DNA of 64,000 bases, from assembly GCA_050014495.1 (NCBI GenBank), contig JBEKDF010000015.1, positions 1 through 64,000 of the forward strand. Reading direction: 5' to 3'. Of this stretch, positions 27,980-38,431 are shown piece after piece (position 1 is the stretch's first letter; every line of letters begins with the position of its first letter). A model generated the notes under the pieces. It was not told where the DNA came from. It saw only the letters and a program-made list of their open reading frames with translations, and made no database searches. The DNA is from Candidatus Bathyarchaeia archaeon (lineage in GTDB: Archaea > Thermoproteota > Bathyarchaeia > TCS64). Both the position numbers and the translations under genes were made by a program.

Positions 27980-28631
27980 AGAAGCACTCAGAAGGGTTCA
28001 GGAAATCTATCCAAGAACTTGGACACAAAGCAATAGCGACCAATTCAAATCTCTTATTCGAACCATACTTAGCCAGAATACAAATTGGAGAAACGAGAAC
28101 ACCGCATATAGACGTCTCGAGGAAAGTATAGGCGTCACTCCAAAAAAACTATCAAATGCTAGCATATCCAAAATCGCTGACGCAATCAAACCTGCTGGGA
28201 TGTACAATCAACGGAGTAGAACCATAAAAAAAGTATCGGAAGAGGTAATTGAACGATATAATGGCGACTTATCATCAATTATAGCAAAGACTTACTACGA
28301 AGCACGTAAGGAACTCATGACCCTCCCAGGAGTGGGTGAGAAAACAGCCGACGTCGTACTACTTTTCACCGCAGGTAAACAGGTCCTTCCCGTCGATCGT
28401 CACATAACCAGGATAACGAATAGATTGGAGCTTGTAAAGAACAACTCGAAATATGACACAATACGAATGACACTAGAGAGAGCCACTACTCCTGAAAAAT
28501 ATCTTGACATACACATAAAACTCATACAATTTGGGAGAGATATATGCCGCGCACTAAACCCCAAGTGCTCTGAATGCCCATTAAACGACATCTGTCCATA
28601 TCCTCAAAGAGCTGAAAAAACAATCAAATAA
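27957..28631 (+). CDS. nth: Endonuclease III
   Basis: ILSQNT, LPGVGEKTAD, VDRH, C-terminal 4Fe-4S Cys cluster. Confidence 0.93.
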   Translation: MSRTKRAEEALRRVQEIYPRTWTQSNSDQFKSLIRTILSQNTNWRNENTAYRRLEESIGVTPKKLSNASISKIADAIKPAGMYNQRSRTIKKVSEEVIERYNGDLSSIIAKTYYEARKELMTLPGVGEKTADVVLLFTAGKQVLPVDRHITRITNRLELVKNNSKYDTIRMTLERATTPEKYLDIHIKLIQFGRDICRALNPKCSECPLNDICPYPQRAEKTIK

Positions 28632-28764
28632 CCAAAATAAACAAATCTAAGAATCATCCCCCACCAAAAATGGACGATAAAGAGAATTGTACCATAATAT
28701 ACGAATCATTTAAATGTAAGACTCGCTGATTCACTACAGCTAATAAAAATTAGGAGAGGCTACG

Positions 28765-29775
28765 ATGCCTAGGCCACGTTCACCTAGAAAAGGATCAAAG
28801 TCATTTTCACCTAGACGCAGGACCAGCCACTTCAATGGACGCATCCAGGAATGGCCGGAGATCACAGACGGTCCCCAGCTCCTAGGCTTCGCAGGGTACA
28901 AGGCGGGAATGACCCACCTCTATCAGGTAGAGGATAGGGCGAAGGTTCCCGAGTTCGGACAAGAAGTAAAGGTCGCCGCGACAGTTATCGAGGCTCCCCC
29001 AATACTAATATGTGCCGTTCGTTCCTACAAGGAAACCTATGACGGCTATAAAGTCCTAACAGAAGCATGGATGGCAGATCCGCCCAAGGACATCGTGAAA
29101 GCTGTGAAGATTAAGAAACAAATCGACGCTGCAGCTAACATGGAAAAAATAGTATCCAAAAAGGACAAGGCAAAGGAGATACGAATCATCGCTGCAACAC
29201 AGCCAAAACTAGCCTCTCTCGAGAAGAACACACCAGACCTCATAGAGATAAAAGTTGGCGGAGGTAGCATCGACCAGCAACTCGATTATGCCCAGAGTAT
29301 ACTCGGCAAGATGGTCTCAGCCTCCCAGGTATTCAAACCAGGTGAGTCAATCGACCTCGCGGGCGTCACAAAAGGCAAGGGGTTCCAGGGTCCTGTCAAG
29401 CGGTACGGTATCCGTATCCAGCAGAACAAGTCCCGCAAAACGATTAGGGGCGTTGCCTCTATCGCGCCCGTTTCGCCTAGGACTATTCATCCACACGTAG
29501 CTCGTGCGGGTCAGATGGGCACTCACCATCGAGTAGATTTCAATAAGCGCATACTCTTGCTCGGAAACGACGGGGCTAGGGTCTCACCCGCGGGTGGATT
29601 CAACAGATACGGCCTCGTAAAGAGTGAGTACATCGTCATTAAGGGCAGTGTACAAGGCACCCCTAAGAGGCTTATTCGCATGAGAAAAGCCATCCGAGAA
29701 ACAACCTACCCTGAAACCGCGCCACAAGTAACCTACATCAACACAGAGTGGGGTAAGGAGAAGATTAAGCAATGA
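28765..29775 (+). CDS. rpl3: 50S ribosomal protein L3
   Basis: GFAGYKAGMTH, KGKGFQGPVKR. Confidence 0.97.
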   Translation: MPRPRSPRKGSKSFSPRRRTSHFNGRIQEWPEITDGPQLLGFAGYKAGMTHLYQVEDRAKVPEFGQEVKVAATVIEAPPILICAVRSYKETYDGYKVLTEAWMADPPKDIVKAVKIKKQIDAAANMEKIVSKKDKAKEIRIIAATQPKLASLEKNTPDLIEIKVGGGSIDQQLDYAQSILGKMVSASQVFKPGESIDLAGVTKGKGFQGPVKRYGIRIQQNKSRKTIRGVASIAPVSPRTIHPHVARAGQMGTHHRVDFNKRILLLGNDGARVSPAGGFNRYGLVKSEYIVIKGSVQGTPKRLIRMRKAIRETTYPETAPQVTYINTEWGKEKIKQ

Positions 29776-30536
29776 AGGTCCCAGTCCTAAGCCTAGCTAA
29801 CGAGAAGATTGATGAGATAGAACTCCCGAAGGTTTTCAACACTCCCCTGAACCCTCAGGTTATAAGGCGAGCCGTCATAGCTCAGCAGAGTCATGACTTC
29901 CAACCACAGGGAAGAGATCCTCTAGCAGGTAAAAGAAACACAGCACTCAGCAGGGGGACCGGACACGGACAAGCAAGGCTTCCACGTCTCAAGCAAAGCG
30001 GGAAGGCCGACTTTGCCGTACAAGCAGTCGGTGGACACCTATCTACCCCACCAATGTCTGAAAAGATAACAGTTAAAAGAATCAACAAAAAGGAGCGCCG
30101 TCTAGCAATTAGATCCGGTATAGCTGCTACAGCTAACAAGGATGTAGTTGCTGCGCGCGGACATAAGATCGAAGGGGTCACCCAACTTCCTCTCGTTCTA
30201 GATGATGCACTAGAAGGAGTACAAAAAACGAGAGAAATAGAGGATATTTTCACTAAGATAGGCGTATGGGTAGACGTTGAGCGAGCTGACCGGAAGGGAG
30301 TACGAGCCGGTAGGGGAAACATGAGGGGGAGAGGTAAAAAGATAGGTAAGGGTCCACTCATTGTCATTTCAGAGGATAAAGGAATAGGTAAGGCAGCGAG
30401 AAACCTACCAGGCGTCGATGTCACTCTCCTTCGAAACTTAAACGCTGAACTACTCGCTCCAGGAGCGAATGCAGGCAGACTCGTTGTTTGGGTGAAATCA
30501 GCCTTCACAACAATCGACGAAACATGGGAGGAATAA
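29772..30536 (+). CDS. rpl4: 50S ribosomal protein L4
   Basis: QGRDPLAG, LLAPG; operon order. Confidence 0.96.
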   Translation: MKVPVLSLANEKIDEIELPKVFNTPLNPQVIRRAVIAQQSHDFQPQGRDPLAGKRNTALSRGTGHGQARLPRLKQSGKADFAVQAVGGHLSTPPMSEKITVKRINKKERRLAIRSGIAATANKDVVAARGHKIEGVTQLPLVLDDALEGVQKTREIEDIFTKIGVWVDVERADRKGVRAGRGNMRGRGKKIGKGPLIVISEDKGIGKAARNLPGVDVTLLRNLNAELLAPGANAGRLVVWVKSAFTTIDETWEE

Positions 30537-30538
30537 AT

Positions 30539-30799
30539 ATGCATCCACAAGACGTCATAATGTTCCCAACGATGACAGAGCGCAGCGTCTACATGATCGA
30601 GAACGAGAATAAGCTCATCTTCATAGTTAACCGTAATGCAACGAAGAAAGACATCGCAAAAGCAATAAAAGAGCTCTACCAAGTCGAGTCGAAAGAGATC
30701 AACACGCTCATCGACAGACAGGGAAGGAAGAAGGCATTCGTTAAGCTCATGGAGGGTTACAGCGCCTCAGAGGTTGCCATAAAGCTCGGTATACTGTAG
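30539..30799 (+). CDS. rpl23: 50S ribosomal protein L23
   Basis: ENKLIFIV, KKAFVKL. Confidence 0.96.
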   Translation: MHPQDVIMFPTMTERSVYMIENENKLIFIVNRNATKKDIAKAIKELYQVESKEINTLIDRQGRKKAFVKLMEGYSASEVAIKLGIL

Positions 30800-30808
30800 G
30801 TGTGATGA

Positions 30809-31540
30809 ATGGGAAAACGATTAAAAGTCCAACGAAGAGGACGCGGAACACCGGTCTTCCAAGGCGCACATACGGGTAAAATCGCACAGGCGAAGTATCC
30901 AGCCATTAAGAAAGAGTCGATGCGTGGAACCGTTAAAGATATCATACATGAGTCCGGGCGTGCAGCACCTCTACTTGTAATTGAACTGACTACAGGCGAA
31001 ACATTCTACTCAGCTGCCCCAGAAGGCACTCATGTAGACCAGGAGATCGTTATAGGAACAGATGCACCTTTAGCAGTAGGAAACGTAATTCCTCTAGGAA
31101 AAGTACCCGAAGGGACTCTCGTCAACAATTTAGAAATTCAACCCGGTGACGGTGGAAGAATTGTGAGGTCATCTGGAACCTACGCAACCGTCATCGCTCA
31201 TAACCTTGGCAAAACGGTTGTTAAGCTTCCATCAAAAAAGAGCATACTCTTACCAGCTGACTCACGAGCTACTATAGGTGTAATCTCAAGTGGTGGACGC
31301 CTTGAAAAGCCACGCCTAAAGGCTGGTGAGGTTTTCCACGCTGCAATGGCAAACAATAAAGTATATCCAACCGCGCATGGGGTAAAGATGACTGCCGCGA
31401 GCCACCCACATGGTGGTGGCCGACATAGACGCCCAGGGAAGTCCACAACCGTGAGCCGAAATTCACCTCCAGGAGCAAAGGTTGGACTAATAGCGGCAAG
31501 AACCTCTGGCAGGGGAGGCTCGAAGAGACAGAGAGAGTAA
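30809..31540 (+). CDS. rpl2: 50S ribosomal protein L2
   Basis: QRRGRG, HPHGGG, PPGAKVG. Confidence 0.97.
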   Translation: MGKRLKVQRRGRGTPVFQGAHTGKIAQAKYPAIKKESMRGTVKDIIHESGRAAPLLVIELTTGETFYSAAPEGTHVDQEIVIGTDAPLAVGNVIPLGKVPEGTLVNNLEIQPGDGGRIVRSSGTYATVIAHNLGKTVVKLPSKKSILLPADSRATIGVISSGGRLEKPRLKAGEVFHAAMANNKVYPTAHGVKMTAASHPHGGGRHRRPGKSTTVSRNSPPGAKVGLIAARTSGRGGSKRQRE

Positions 31541-31581
31541 CCGGCACGATTAAATAAAGCGATATGATGGAGTGAAGACAA

Positions 31582-31965
31582 ATGCCAAAGAACTTCCAGT
31601 ACCGGGGTAAAAGTGTTGACGACTTAAAAGGCATGTCCATGGACGAGTTCATCAACCTACTACCGAGTCGCATGAGGAGAAGCCTACGCAGAGGTCTCAG
31701 CAATGAGCAAAGGATCGTACTTGAGCGTATTAGACAGGACAATGGTAAACCCATAAAGACCCATGCAAGGGATATGGTCGTCTTACCCGAGATGATCGGT
31801 AAGACTATTTTAGTCCACAGCGGTCAAGAGTTCGTCGAAGTCAGAATCAATGAGAAAATGCTAGGCCACTACCTTGGCGAGTTTGTAATAACAAATAAGC
31901 TTGTCCGTCACGGTAAGCCTGGCATCGGCGCGTCGAGGAGCTCAATGTACATCCCTCTGAAGTAA
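31582..31965 (+). CDS. rps19: 30S ribosomal protein S19
   Basis: [16 protein letters not shown]. Confidence 0.97.
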   Translation: MPKNFQYRGKSVDDLKGMSMDEFINLLPSRMRRSLRRGLSNEQRIVLERIRQDNGKPIKTHARDMVVLPEMIGKTILVHSGQEFVEVRINEKMLGHYLGEFVITNKLVRHGKPGIGASRSSMYIPLK

Positions 31966-32186
31966 TTACTTCAACCTATTTTTAATTAAATATTTAATAA
32001 TATTCTGTATTCATACAAATTATAAATAATTATTCAATTGAATCTATCAAATATCATTAAAAGAACCTCTTAAAGAAACATTATATCAATAACCAATAAT
32101 AATTCTCTATAAAATCGCTTATCAAACAAATTTAGATAACGTTTTTATATAAAGTCCCGATTTCAAGTAAGGCGAACGGTGCGTAT

Positions 32187-32648
32187 ATGCCATCCTGGAG
32201 ATACTCGGTTACAGGTCTGGATCCGGACAAGACAGCAATAGCTAGCGGCAGGGATCTTAGAATTAAGCCAAAGGCTGCCAGAGAGATCTGCAATTACATT
32301 AAAGGTATGAAGCTTGAGAAAGCAAAGAAGACACTTCAGGAAGTAGTAGAGCTAAAAAAACCTGTTCCCTATTATAGATATAAACTCAAAGTACCGCATA
32401 GAATGGAAGCTCAGGGATTCGACGCCGGCAGATATCCTCAAAAAGCAGCCGGTGAGATATTAAGAGTTCTCGATGCTGTCGAAGCGAACGCAGATTTTAA
32501 GGGGCTAGACACAGAAAATTTAAAAATCACACACATCGCGGCACATAGGGGCCGCAGAATTAGAAAGTTCATACCGCGTGCCTTTGGAAGGGCTTCACCA
32601 TACTTCAGGCACTTAACTCATATAGAGGTCGCGGTTGAGGAAGTGTAA
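32187..32648 (+). CDS. rpl22: 50S ribosomal protein L22
   Basis: GRYPQKAA, PRAFGRA. Confidence 0.97.
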   Translation: MPSWRYSVTGLDPDKTAIASGRDLRIKPKAAREICNYIKGMKLEKAKKTLQEVVELKKPVPYYRYKLKVPHRMEAQGFDAGRYPQKAAGEILRVLDAVEANADFKGLDTENLKITHIAAHRGRRIRKFIPRAFGRASPYFRHLTHIEVAVEEV

Positions 32649-32650
32649 GC

Positions 32651-33553
32651 TTGTCTGTAGTCAAGAGAATCATCCGGGACAATAAAGAGCGTATGGCAGT
32701 CGACGAGCTCCTCTCTAAAGAGTTCGAGGAAGCCGGATACGGCGGCATCACACTAACAAAGACGCCACTAGGCGCCCAAATCAATCTCTACACAATGAGG
32801 CCTGGCCGGGTAATAGGCAAGAGAGGTAGGGCAATCAAGGATGCCTCCGAGAAACTTGAGCAAAAGTTAGGATTAGTCAACCCCCAGATAACAGTAGTAG
32901 AAATCGAGGTCCCGGAGCTCAACCCCCACATCATGGCAGCTAGAGTCGCAAACGCCCTCGAGCGCGGTGTCCACTTCCGCAGGAGCATATTCTGGAGCCT
33001 CCGCAGGATCATGGATAGTGGTGCACTCGGCTGCGAGATCATACTCAAAGGCCCGATAAGGAGCGCTAGGGCAAGATTTGAGAAGGTAAGCGAAGGATAC
33101 ATCCCTAAAGCGGGTGAACCTTCAAAGACTTATCTTCGCCACGCGACAATTCATGTCAAACAAAAGCGTGGTATACTGGGTGTAACGGTTAATATCATCC
33201 CACCAGATGCGAAGTTCCCAGACAAGATCTCACTAAAGGATTTACCCGAGATAGAGTACCCAGAAGAAGAAGTATACATGCCCGAGGGCGTAGAACCCGA
33301 TGTAGAACCAGAACCAACAATTGAACAAGTAACTCAAACTCCTGAGCAGCCAGAAGTCACAATAGAGACACCCAAAGAAACAAAGACTGATGAAGTTTCC
33401 TCCGAGCCAGTAGAAATCGAATCTGAGACTGTCCCCTCTACTGAAGAAACAATGGAAAAGGAGCTAAAATCTGAGCCAGAATCTTCACTTCCTAAAGAAA
33501 AGGTAGAAGAAGAGCAAAAGGCTGAGCCAGAGGAAGACGAGGAGGAGAGCTAA
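32651..33553 (+). CDS. rps3: 30S ribosomal protein S3 with long acidic C-terminal tail
   Basis: RPGRVIGKRG KH domain, ERGVHFRR. Confidence 0.96.
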   Translation: MSVVKRIIRDNKERMAVDELLSKEFEEAGYGGITLTKTPLGAQINLYTMRPGRVIGKRGRAIKDASEKLEQKLGLVNPQITVVEIEVPELNPHIMAARVANALERGVHFRRSIFWSLRRIMDSGALGCEIILKGPIRSARARFEKVSEGYIPKAGEPSKTYLRHATIHVKQKRGILGVTVNIIPPDAKFPDKISLKDLPEIEYPEEEVYMPEGVEPDVEPEPTIEQVTQTPEQPEVTIETPKETKTDEVSSEPVEIESETVPSTEETMEKELKSEPESSLPKEKVEEEQKAEPEEDEEES

Positions 33554-33760
33554 TTGCCAGTCATAAGACTTGACGAAATAAGGGATATGACCCCCGAGCA
33601 GAGAAAGCAAAAGCTCGAGGAGTTAAAGACCGAGCTATCAAAGTTAAGGACCTTAATAAACGCGGGTGGTTCTGTTGAGAATCCCAGTAGGATCAAGGCA
33701 TTAAAGAAGGCAGTTGCTAAAATAGAAACAATCATTCATGAGGAAGCGAATAAACAATGA
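33554..33760 (+). CDS. rpl29: 50S ribosomal protein L29
   Basis: ENPSRIKALKKAVAKIET. Confidence 0.95.
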   Translation: MPVIRLDEIRDMTPEQRKQKLEELKTELSKLRTLINAGGSVENPSRIKALKKAVAKIETIIHEEANKQ

Positions 33761-34041
33761 CACTAGTCACCGCTGAGAATCTAGTTCGCCACGAGCTCAT
33801 TGGACTAGACGCGAAGATCAGCGATGTTAATAATAATAGTCAGAAGAAAATTAAGGGAAAAATCGTTGACGAAACACGCAATACCCTGACGCTCAATCAG
33901 AAAGGAATCGATAAAAAAATTGCGAAGGGAGAAGCGTCATTCATTTTCAACCTAGGAGCTAACTTGGTTGAGGTAGAGGGAAAAACCCTCATCGGTCGAC
34001 CAGAAGACCGCGTAAAAAAGAAGCCTAAGCGAGACTGGTAG
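33757..34041 (+). CDS. rnp1: RNase P protein subunit Rpp29/POP4
   Basis: HELIGL, GKIVDETRNT, RPEDR. Confidence 0.93.
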   Translation: MTLVTAENLVRHELIGLDAKISDVNNNSQKKIKGKIVDETRNTLTLNQKGIDKKIAKGEASFIFNLGANLVEVEGKTLIGRPEDRVKKKPKRDW

Positions 34042-34056
34042 GGCGAAAAAGTTTTG

Positions 34057-34371
34057 ATGAGTCTTAAACGACCCGAGAACGAGTGTAGTGACCCAGACTG
34101 CCCATTCCATGGCTCCCTAGCGGTGAGGGGGCGGTTATTGGACGGTGTGGTGGTTAGCGACAGAATGGCGAAATCCGTCGTTATCCGCATCGACTACACC
34201 AGATTCAACAGGAAATACGAGCGCTACGCGCGAGCGAGCAGCCGCATCACCGCACATAACCCCCCATGCATCGACGCGAAGAGAGGTGAAATGGTCCGCA
34301 TTGCTGAGTGTAGACCGCTCAGCAAGACCAAGTCCTTCTGCGTTGTGGAAAAACTAGCTGAGGAGAAGTAA
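34057..34371 (+). CDS. rps17: 30S ribosomal protein S17
   Basis: CPFHG, ECRPLSKTK. Confidence 0.97.
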   Translation: MSLKRPENECSDPDCPFHGSLAVRGRLLDGVVVSDRMAKSVVIRIDYTRFNRKYERYARASSRITAHNPPCIDAKRGEMVRIAECRPLSKTKSFCVVEKLAEEK

Positions 34372-34375
34372 ATGA

Positions 34376-34798
34376 ATGAGTAAAAGAACGGGGAAGAGAA
34401 AGCTTACACCACGGCGAAAAATAAGCGGAGGCTTAACGTCTGGCTCCGTCTTCATTTGCGCTGATAATAGTGGTGCTCGTGTGCTACGCCTCATTCAAGT
34501 CTTCGGCTATAAAGGTCGACGCCGTAGGCTACCAATAGCTAGTGTTGGCGATCTTGTAATGGTCAGTTGCCGAGAGGGAACTCCAGAAATGAGGCGACAA
34601 ATGTTCAACGCAGTTATTGTTCGCCAGAGGAAGCCATACCTGCGCAAGGATGGTACATGGATCCAATTCGAGGACAATGCTGCCGTGATACTAACGCCTG
34701 AAGGAACCTTAAGGGGTTCAGACGTTAAAGGTCCCGTAGCTAAGGAAGCCGTTGAACGCTTCGCGCGCCTTGGAACGACAGCGAGGGTGGTAGTATAA
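34376..34798 (+). CDS. rpl14: 50S ribosomal protein L14
   Basis: CADNSGA, FEDNAAV. Confidence 0.97.
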   Translation: MSKRTGKRKLTPRRKISGGLTSGSVFICADNSGARVLRLIQVFGYKGRRRRLPIASVGDLVMVSCREGTPEMRRQMFNAVIVRQRKPYLRKDGTWIQFEDNAAVILTPEGTLRGSDVKGPVAKEAVERFARLGTTARVVV

Positions 34799-35182
34799 AT
34801 GAATAAAGTAGGTAATACTAAGCCATCGACTGTTAGAAAGCAGCAGAAGAATGCGCCTATACATATCAAAAGGCGGTACATCTCTGCACCATTATCACCT
34901 AATCTTAAGACACAATACGGCGCACGGACTATGCCAGTTATTGAAAACGATACCGTCGCCATCACGAAAGGTGACAGGAAGTTGACAGAGGGAAAGATAC
35001 TAAGAGTCAACACCAAGGCCTCAAGAGTCTACATTGAGGGAGTTACAAGGACACGCCTAGACGGTTCGACTGTCCAGATACCAATACGCGCTGAAAACGT
35101 CATGATTACGAAGCTAAACCTAGACGATGACTGGAGAAAAAAGGTCCTCGAGAGGAAGGGCTTCAAGGCTAAGGAGGAGTAG
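34799..35182 (+). CDS. rpl24: 50S ribosomal protein L24
   Basis: NAPIH, NVMITKL; operon order. Confidence 0.95.
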   Translation: MNKVGNTKPSTVRKQQKNAPIHIKRRYISAPLSPNLKTQYGARTMPVIENDTVAITKGDRKLTEGKILRVNTKASRVYIEGVTRTRLDGSTVQIPIRAENVMITKLNLDDDWRKKVLERKGFKAKEE

Positions 35183-35184
35183 AG

Positions 35185-35916
35185 ATGGGTAGAAAAGGAC
35201 CAACAAGACACTTGAAGAGGCAGCAAACACCGACTTTCTGGACAATCCATAGAAAAGCAAATGTCTGGTCTATAAATACGAGCCCAGGACCACACGACTT
35301 CGGTACATCAATACCCGTAACGGTTCTGCTCCGTGACATGCTCGGATATGCATCTACACGCAGGGAAGCCACTATGATAGCAAAACAGGGTAAGATTAAG
35401 ATTGATGGTAAACCCCGCTTAGATGAAAAATTCCCAGTGGGTCTAATGGACGTAGTGACCATACCCGATGCAGGCGAGAGCTACCGTATTCTACCTGCTA
35501 AAGGAAGTCGACTCATTCTCCACCAAATAAAGGGAGAGGAGACCGGATTCAAGCTCTGTAGAATTATAGGAAAAACCACTCTGAGAAACAATATTACACA
35601 GCTAAGACTCCATGACGGACGGAGTATCAACGTGAAAGCCGAGACCACTTACAAGGTTAATGATGTTCTGAAGATTAGAGTACCGTCACAAGAAATAGTA
35701 GAACACATCCCATTCAAGGACCAACTACAGACAATCATCACAGGTGGTAGGTCCCAAGGTGAGACAGGAATTATAATCAGCTTCGGCGACGAGCCAGGCT
35801 GGAAAAAGACCGCGACTGTGAGGACCCCTAAAGGGGAGGATATACGCACGCTAATCAGATATGTTTTTCCCATAGGTGTAGCACAATCGCTGATAACTCT
35901 ACCGGAGATTCAATAA
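35185..35916 (+). CDS. rps4e: 30S ribosomal protein S4e
   Basis: HLKR, PGPH, FPVGLMDV, LHDGR. Confidence 0.96.
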   Translation: MGRKGPTRHLKRQQTPTFWTIHRKANVWSINTSPGPHDFGTSIPVTVLLRDMLGYASTRREATMIAKQGKIKIDGKPRLDEKFPVGLMDVVTIPDAGESYRILPAKGSRLILHQIKGEETGFKLCRIIGKTTLRNNITQLRLHDGRSINVKAETTYKVNDVLKIRVPSQEIVEHIPFKDQLQTIITGGRSQGETGIIISFGDEPGWKKTATVRTPKGEDIRTLIRYVFPIGVAQSLITLPEIQ

Positions 35917-35917
35917 A

Positions 35918-36457
35918 ATGTCAACCGAAATCGTAGAGACCAACCCTATGAGGGCTCTAAGGATCGGTAAGGTCGTGGTCAATATGGGAGTTGGTGCATC
36001 AGGCGACCCACTAGACCACGCACAAACCATCATGGAGCAGTTAACAGGGCAAAAACCCTGTCAATGTTTAGCGAAGCAGACTATCAGGGGATTCAACATA
36101 CGAAAGAAGGAACCCATAGCTTGCATGGTCACGCTTCGCGGAGAAAAGGCAGAGACTTTCCTAATAAAGGCACTCGCTGCTATGGGAAAAAAGATCAACT
36201 CACATAGTTTCGATAAGTGGGGAAACTTCGCATTCGGAATAAAAGAGCATATCGACATTCCCGGTACGAGATATGATCCAAATTTAGGGATCACTGGAAT
36301 GGATGTAATGGTAACAGTAGAACGCGCAGGCTACCATATAAATGAGAAGAAGCACGCCAGAGGCAAGATCGGGAAGAGCCACAAGGTTACACCCGAGGAG
36401 TCAATGGATTTCGTAAAGTCAAAATTCGGTATCGAGGTGGGAGTAGCCAATGAGTGA
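35918..36457 (+). CDS. rpl5: 50S ribosomal protein L5
   Basis: [16 protein letters not shown]. Confidence 0.97.
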   Translation: MSTEIVETNPMRALRIGKVVVNMGVGASGDPLDHAQTIMEQLTGQKPCQCLAKQTIRGFNIRKKEPIACMVTLRGEKAETFLIKALAAMGKKINSHSFDKWGNFAFGIKEHIDIPGTRYDPNLGITGMDVMVTVERAGYHINEKKHARGKIGKSHKVTPEESMDFVKSKFGIEVGVANE

Positions 36458-36605
36458 GCAGAAGAAACGCACAACAGGACCAGGTAGCAGGGCATGCATC
36501 AGATGCGGAACGCATAATGGCCTCATCAGACGCTATGGACTAAACATCTGCAGAAAATGCTTCAGAGAAGTGGCTCCCGCAATGGGGTTCAGGAAATACA
36601 GGTGA
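36450..36605 (+). CDS. rps14: 30S ribosomal protein S14 (not in ORF track)
   Basis: [20 protein letters not shown]...ICRKCFRE...GFRKYR, 51 aa. Confidence 0.95.
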   Translation: MSEQKKRTTGPGSRACIRCGTHNGLIRRYGLNICRKCFREVAPAMGFRKYR

Positions 36606-36610
36606 TTTGA

Positions 36611-36994
36611 ATGGACCCACTAGTTAACGCTCTTAACACGATAATGAACCATGAGGGCAGACGTAAGAATGAGTGTATCATCACACCAGCCTCTGGTCTT
36701 GTTGGGAGGGTCCTTCGTCTCATACAACAGAAGGGCTACATCGGGGAGATAGAGTTCATTGACGACGGTAGACAGGGTAAATTCCGGGTACAACTCTTCG
36801 GCCGCATTAACGAGTGTAAAGCAGTTCACCCAAGGTATTCCACGAAGGTCAGAGAGATGGAGAAATGGGAGAAACGATTCCTTCCAAGCCGAGACCTCGG
36901 TGTAGTAATACTATCAACTCCAAAAGGCGTGATCGACCACCGCCAAGCAAAAGAATTCAACGTCGGCGGCGTTGTGATAGCTTACGTCTTTTAG
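36611..36994 (+). CDS. rps8: 30S ribosomal protein S8
   Basis: DPLVNAL, IDDGRQG, STPKG. Confidence 0.97.
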   Translation: MDPLVNALNTIMNHEGRRKNECIITPASGLVGRVLRLIQQKGYIGEIEFIDDGRQGKFRVQLFGRINECKAVHPRYSTKVREMEKWEKRFLPSRDLGVVILSTPKGVIDHRQAKEFNVGGVVIAYVF

Positions 36995-37004
36995 GTGAGC
37001 AAAT

Positions 37005-37538
37005 ATGTCTATACAGATAGTTGAAAATACTGTTGAGATACCAGAGAACATTCAGCTCACTCTAGAAGGTAGAAAAATTACAGTACAAGGTCCTAAAGGG
37101 AAGATAACCAAGGATTTCACGCATACCAAGCTAACCATGGTCAAGGATGGAAACAATCTCAAACTCAGCATAGAGAATCCTAGGAGGACAGAGGCTGCTC
37201 TCGTGGGTACAATCAGCGCACACGTCAACAATATGATCAAAGGCGTAACAGTTGGCTTCGTCTATAAGATGAAAATAGTCTTCGTCCACTTCCCTACATC
37301 GGTAAAAGTCGTAGGTAAGGAAGTACATATAGAAAACTTCATCGGTGAGAGAAAGGCCAGAATCGCCTCAATCCTTGGCGACACGAAGGTAACAATCAAG
37401 CAAGATGATGTAATTCTTGAAGGCATCGATATCGACGCTGTCAGTCAGACCGCCGCAAACATACAGACACGTGCGAAAATACGCAACAAAGACCTGAGAA
37501 AATTCCTAGATGGCGTCTACGTCTACAGCAAGGAGTGA
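37005..37538 (+). CDS. rpl6: 50S ribosomal protein L6
   Basis: HFP, NFIGE, DLRKFLDGVY. Confidence 0.97.
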   Translation: MSIQIVENTVEIPENIQLTLEGRKITVQGPKGKITKDFTHTKLTMVKDGNNLKLSIENPRRTEAALVGTISAHVNNMIKGVTVGFVYKMKIVFVHFPTSVKVVGKEVHIENFIGERKARIASILGDTKVTIKQDDVILEGIDIDAVSQTAANIQTRAKIRNKDLRKFLDGVYVYSKE

Positions 37539-37544
37539 TGAAAG

Positions 37545-37976
37545 ATGATTGACACCGAAAAAAGAAGACTACTCAGAGTCAGGAAGAAACTCAATCAAAG
37601 TCGACCTAAATTCCACGCCTTTGAGTCATGGCGATTCATAAAGATAAAGCCTAGGTGGAGGAAACCACGCGGCATAGATAATAAGATGCGCACTAATGAG
37701 AAGGGATGGCCAAAAGTGGCAAACATCGGATGGGGAGGCCCATCTGCCGTACGCGGACTGCACTCAACAGGCAAAGAAGAAGTACTAATCCAGAACAAAA
37801 ATGAACTAAAAACGGTTGATAAGGAGAACCAAGTTGCCCGCATAGGGGGAACCGTTGGCCGAAGAAAGAGGACTCAGATACTGGAAGAAGCTGAAAAACT
37901 GGGCGTCAAGATCCTCAATACCAGAGTTAAAGCGAAACCCTCAGACTTCGAAGAACTCGAGGAGGAAACGAAATGA
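37545..37976 (+). CDS. rpl32e: 50S ribosomal protein L32e
   Basis: WRKPRGIDNKMR. Confidence 0.96.
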   Translation: MIDTEKRRLLRVRKKLNQSRPKFHAFESWRFIKIKPRWRKPRGIDNKMRTNEKGWPKVANIGWGGPSAVRGLHSTGKEEVLIQNKNELKTVDKENQVARIGGTVGRRKRTQILEEAEKLGVKILNTRVKAKPSDFEELEEETK

Positions 37977-38431
37977 ACCTCACAAACCAAAGAAGATTAG
38001 CTGCTTCTCTCCTCGAAATAGGAGTCAACCGCGTTTGGATTGATCCTGAAAAGATGGGGGATGTTGAGGGTGCAATAACTAGAAGCGAGATAAGAAAGCT
38101 GATACGAGAGGGTGCCATAAAAGCGCTCCCCGAAAGGGGTACCAGCCGTGGTCGTGCTAGAGTCTTGGCGCAGAAGAAACGTACTGGTAGAAGAATCGGC
38201 ATGGGTACAAAGAAGGGTAAACTATATGCCGAAGTCTCCGAAAAAACCCGCTGGATGCACCGCATAAGGGCACTCAGGAGGAAACTCACGGAGCTCCGTG
38301 ACCAGCGCGTAATCACTGTGAACACATATCGCAGTCTATACATGAAGGCTAAGGGCGGAGAGTTCCGTAGCCTTGCAGAACTCGATCGACACATAAATGA
38401 ACAGAAACTAAGGAGGCGCAGCTTTGGCTAA
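37973..38431 (+). CDS. rpl19e: 50S ribosomal protein L19e
   Basis: QRRLAA, RVWIDP, WMHRIRALR. Confidence 0.97.
   Translation: MNLTNQRRLAASLLEIGVNRVWIDPEKMGDVEGAITRSEIRKLIREGAIKALPERGTSRGRARVLAQKKRTGRRIGMGTKKGKLYAEVSEKTRWMHRIRALRRKLTELRDQRVITVNTYRSLYMKAKGGEFRSLAELDRHINEQKLRRRSFG

Noticed and set aside
29891..30682. Long antisense ORFs over r-protein and other core genes
   Set aside because: Shadow frames of well-supported genes with no recognisable motifs.
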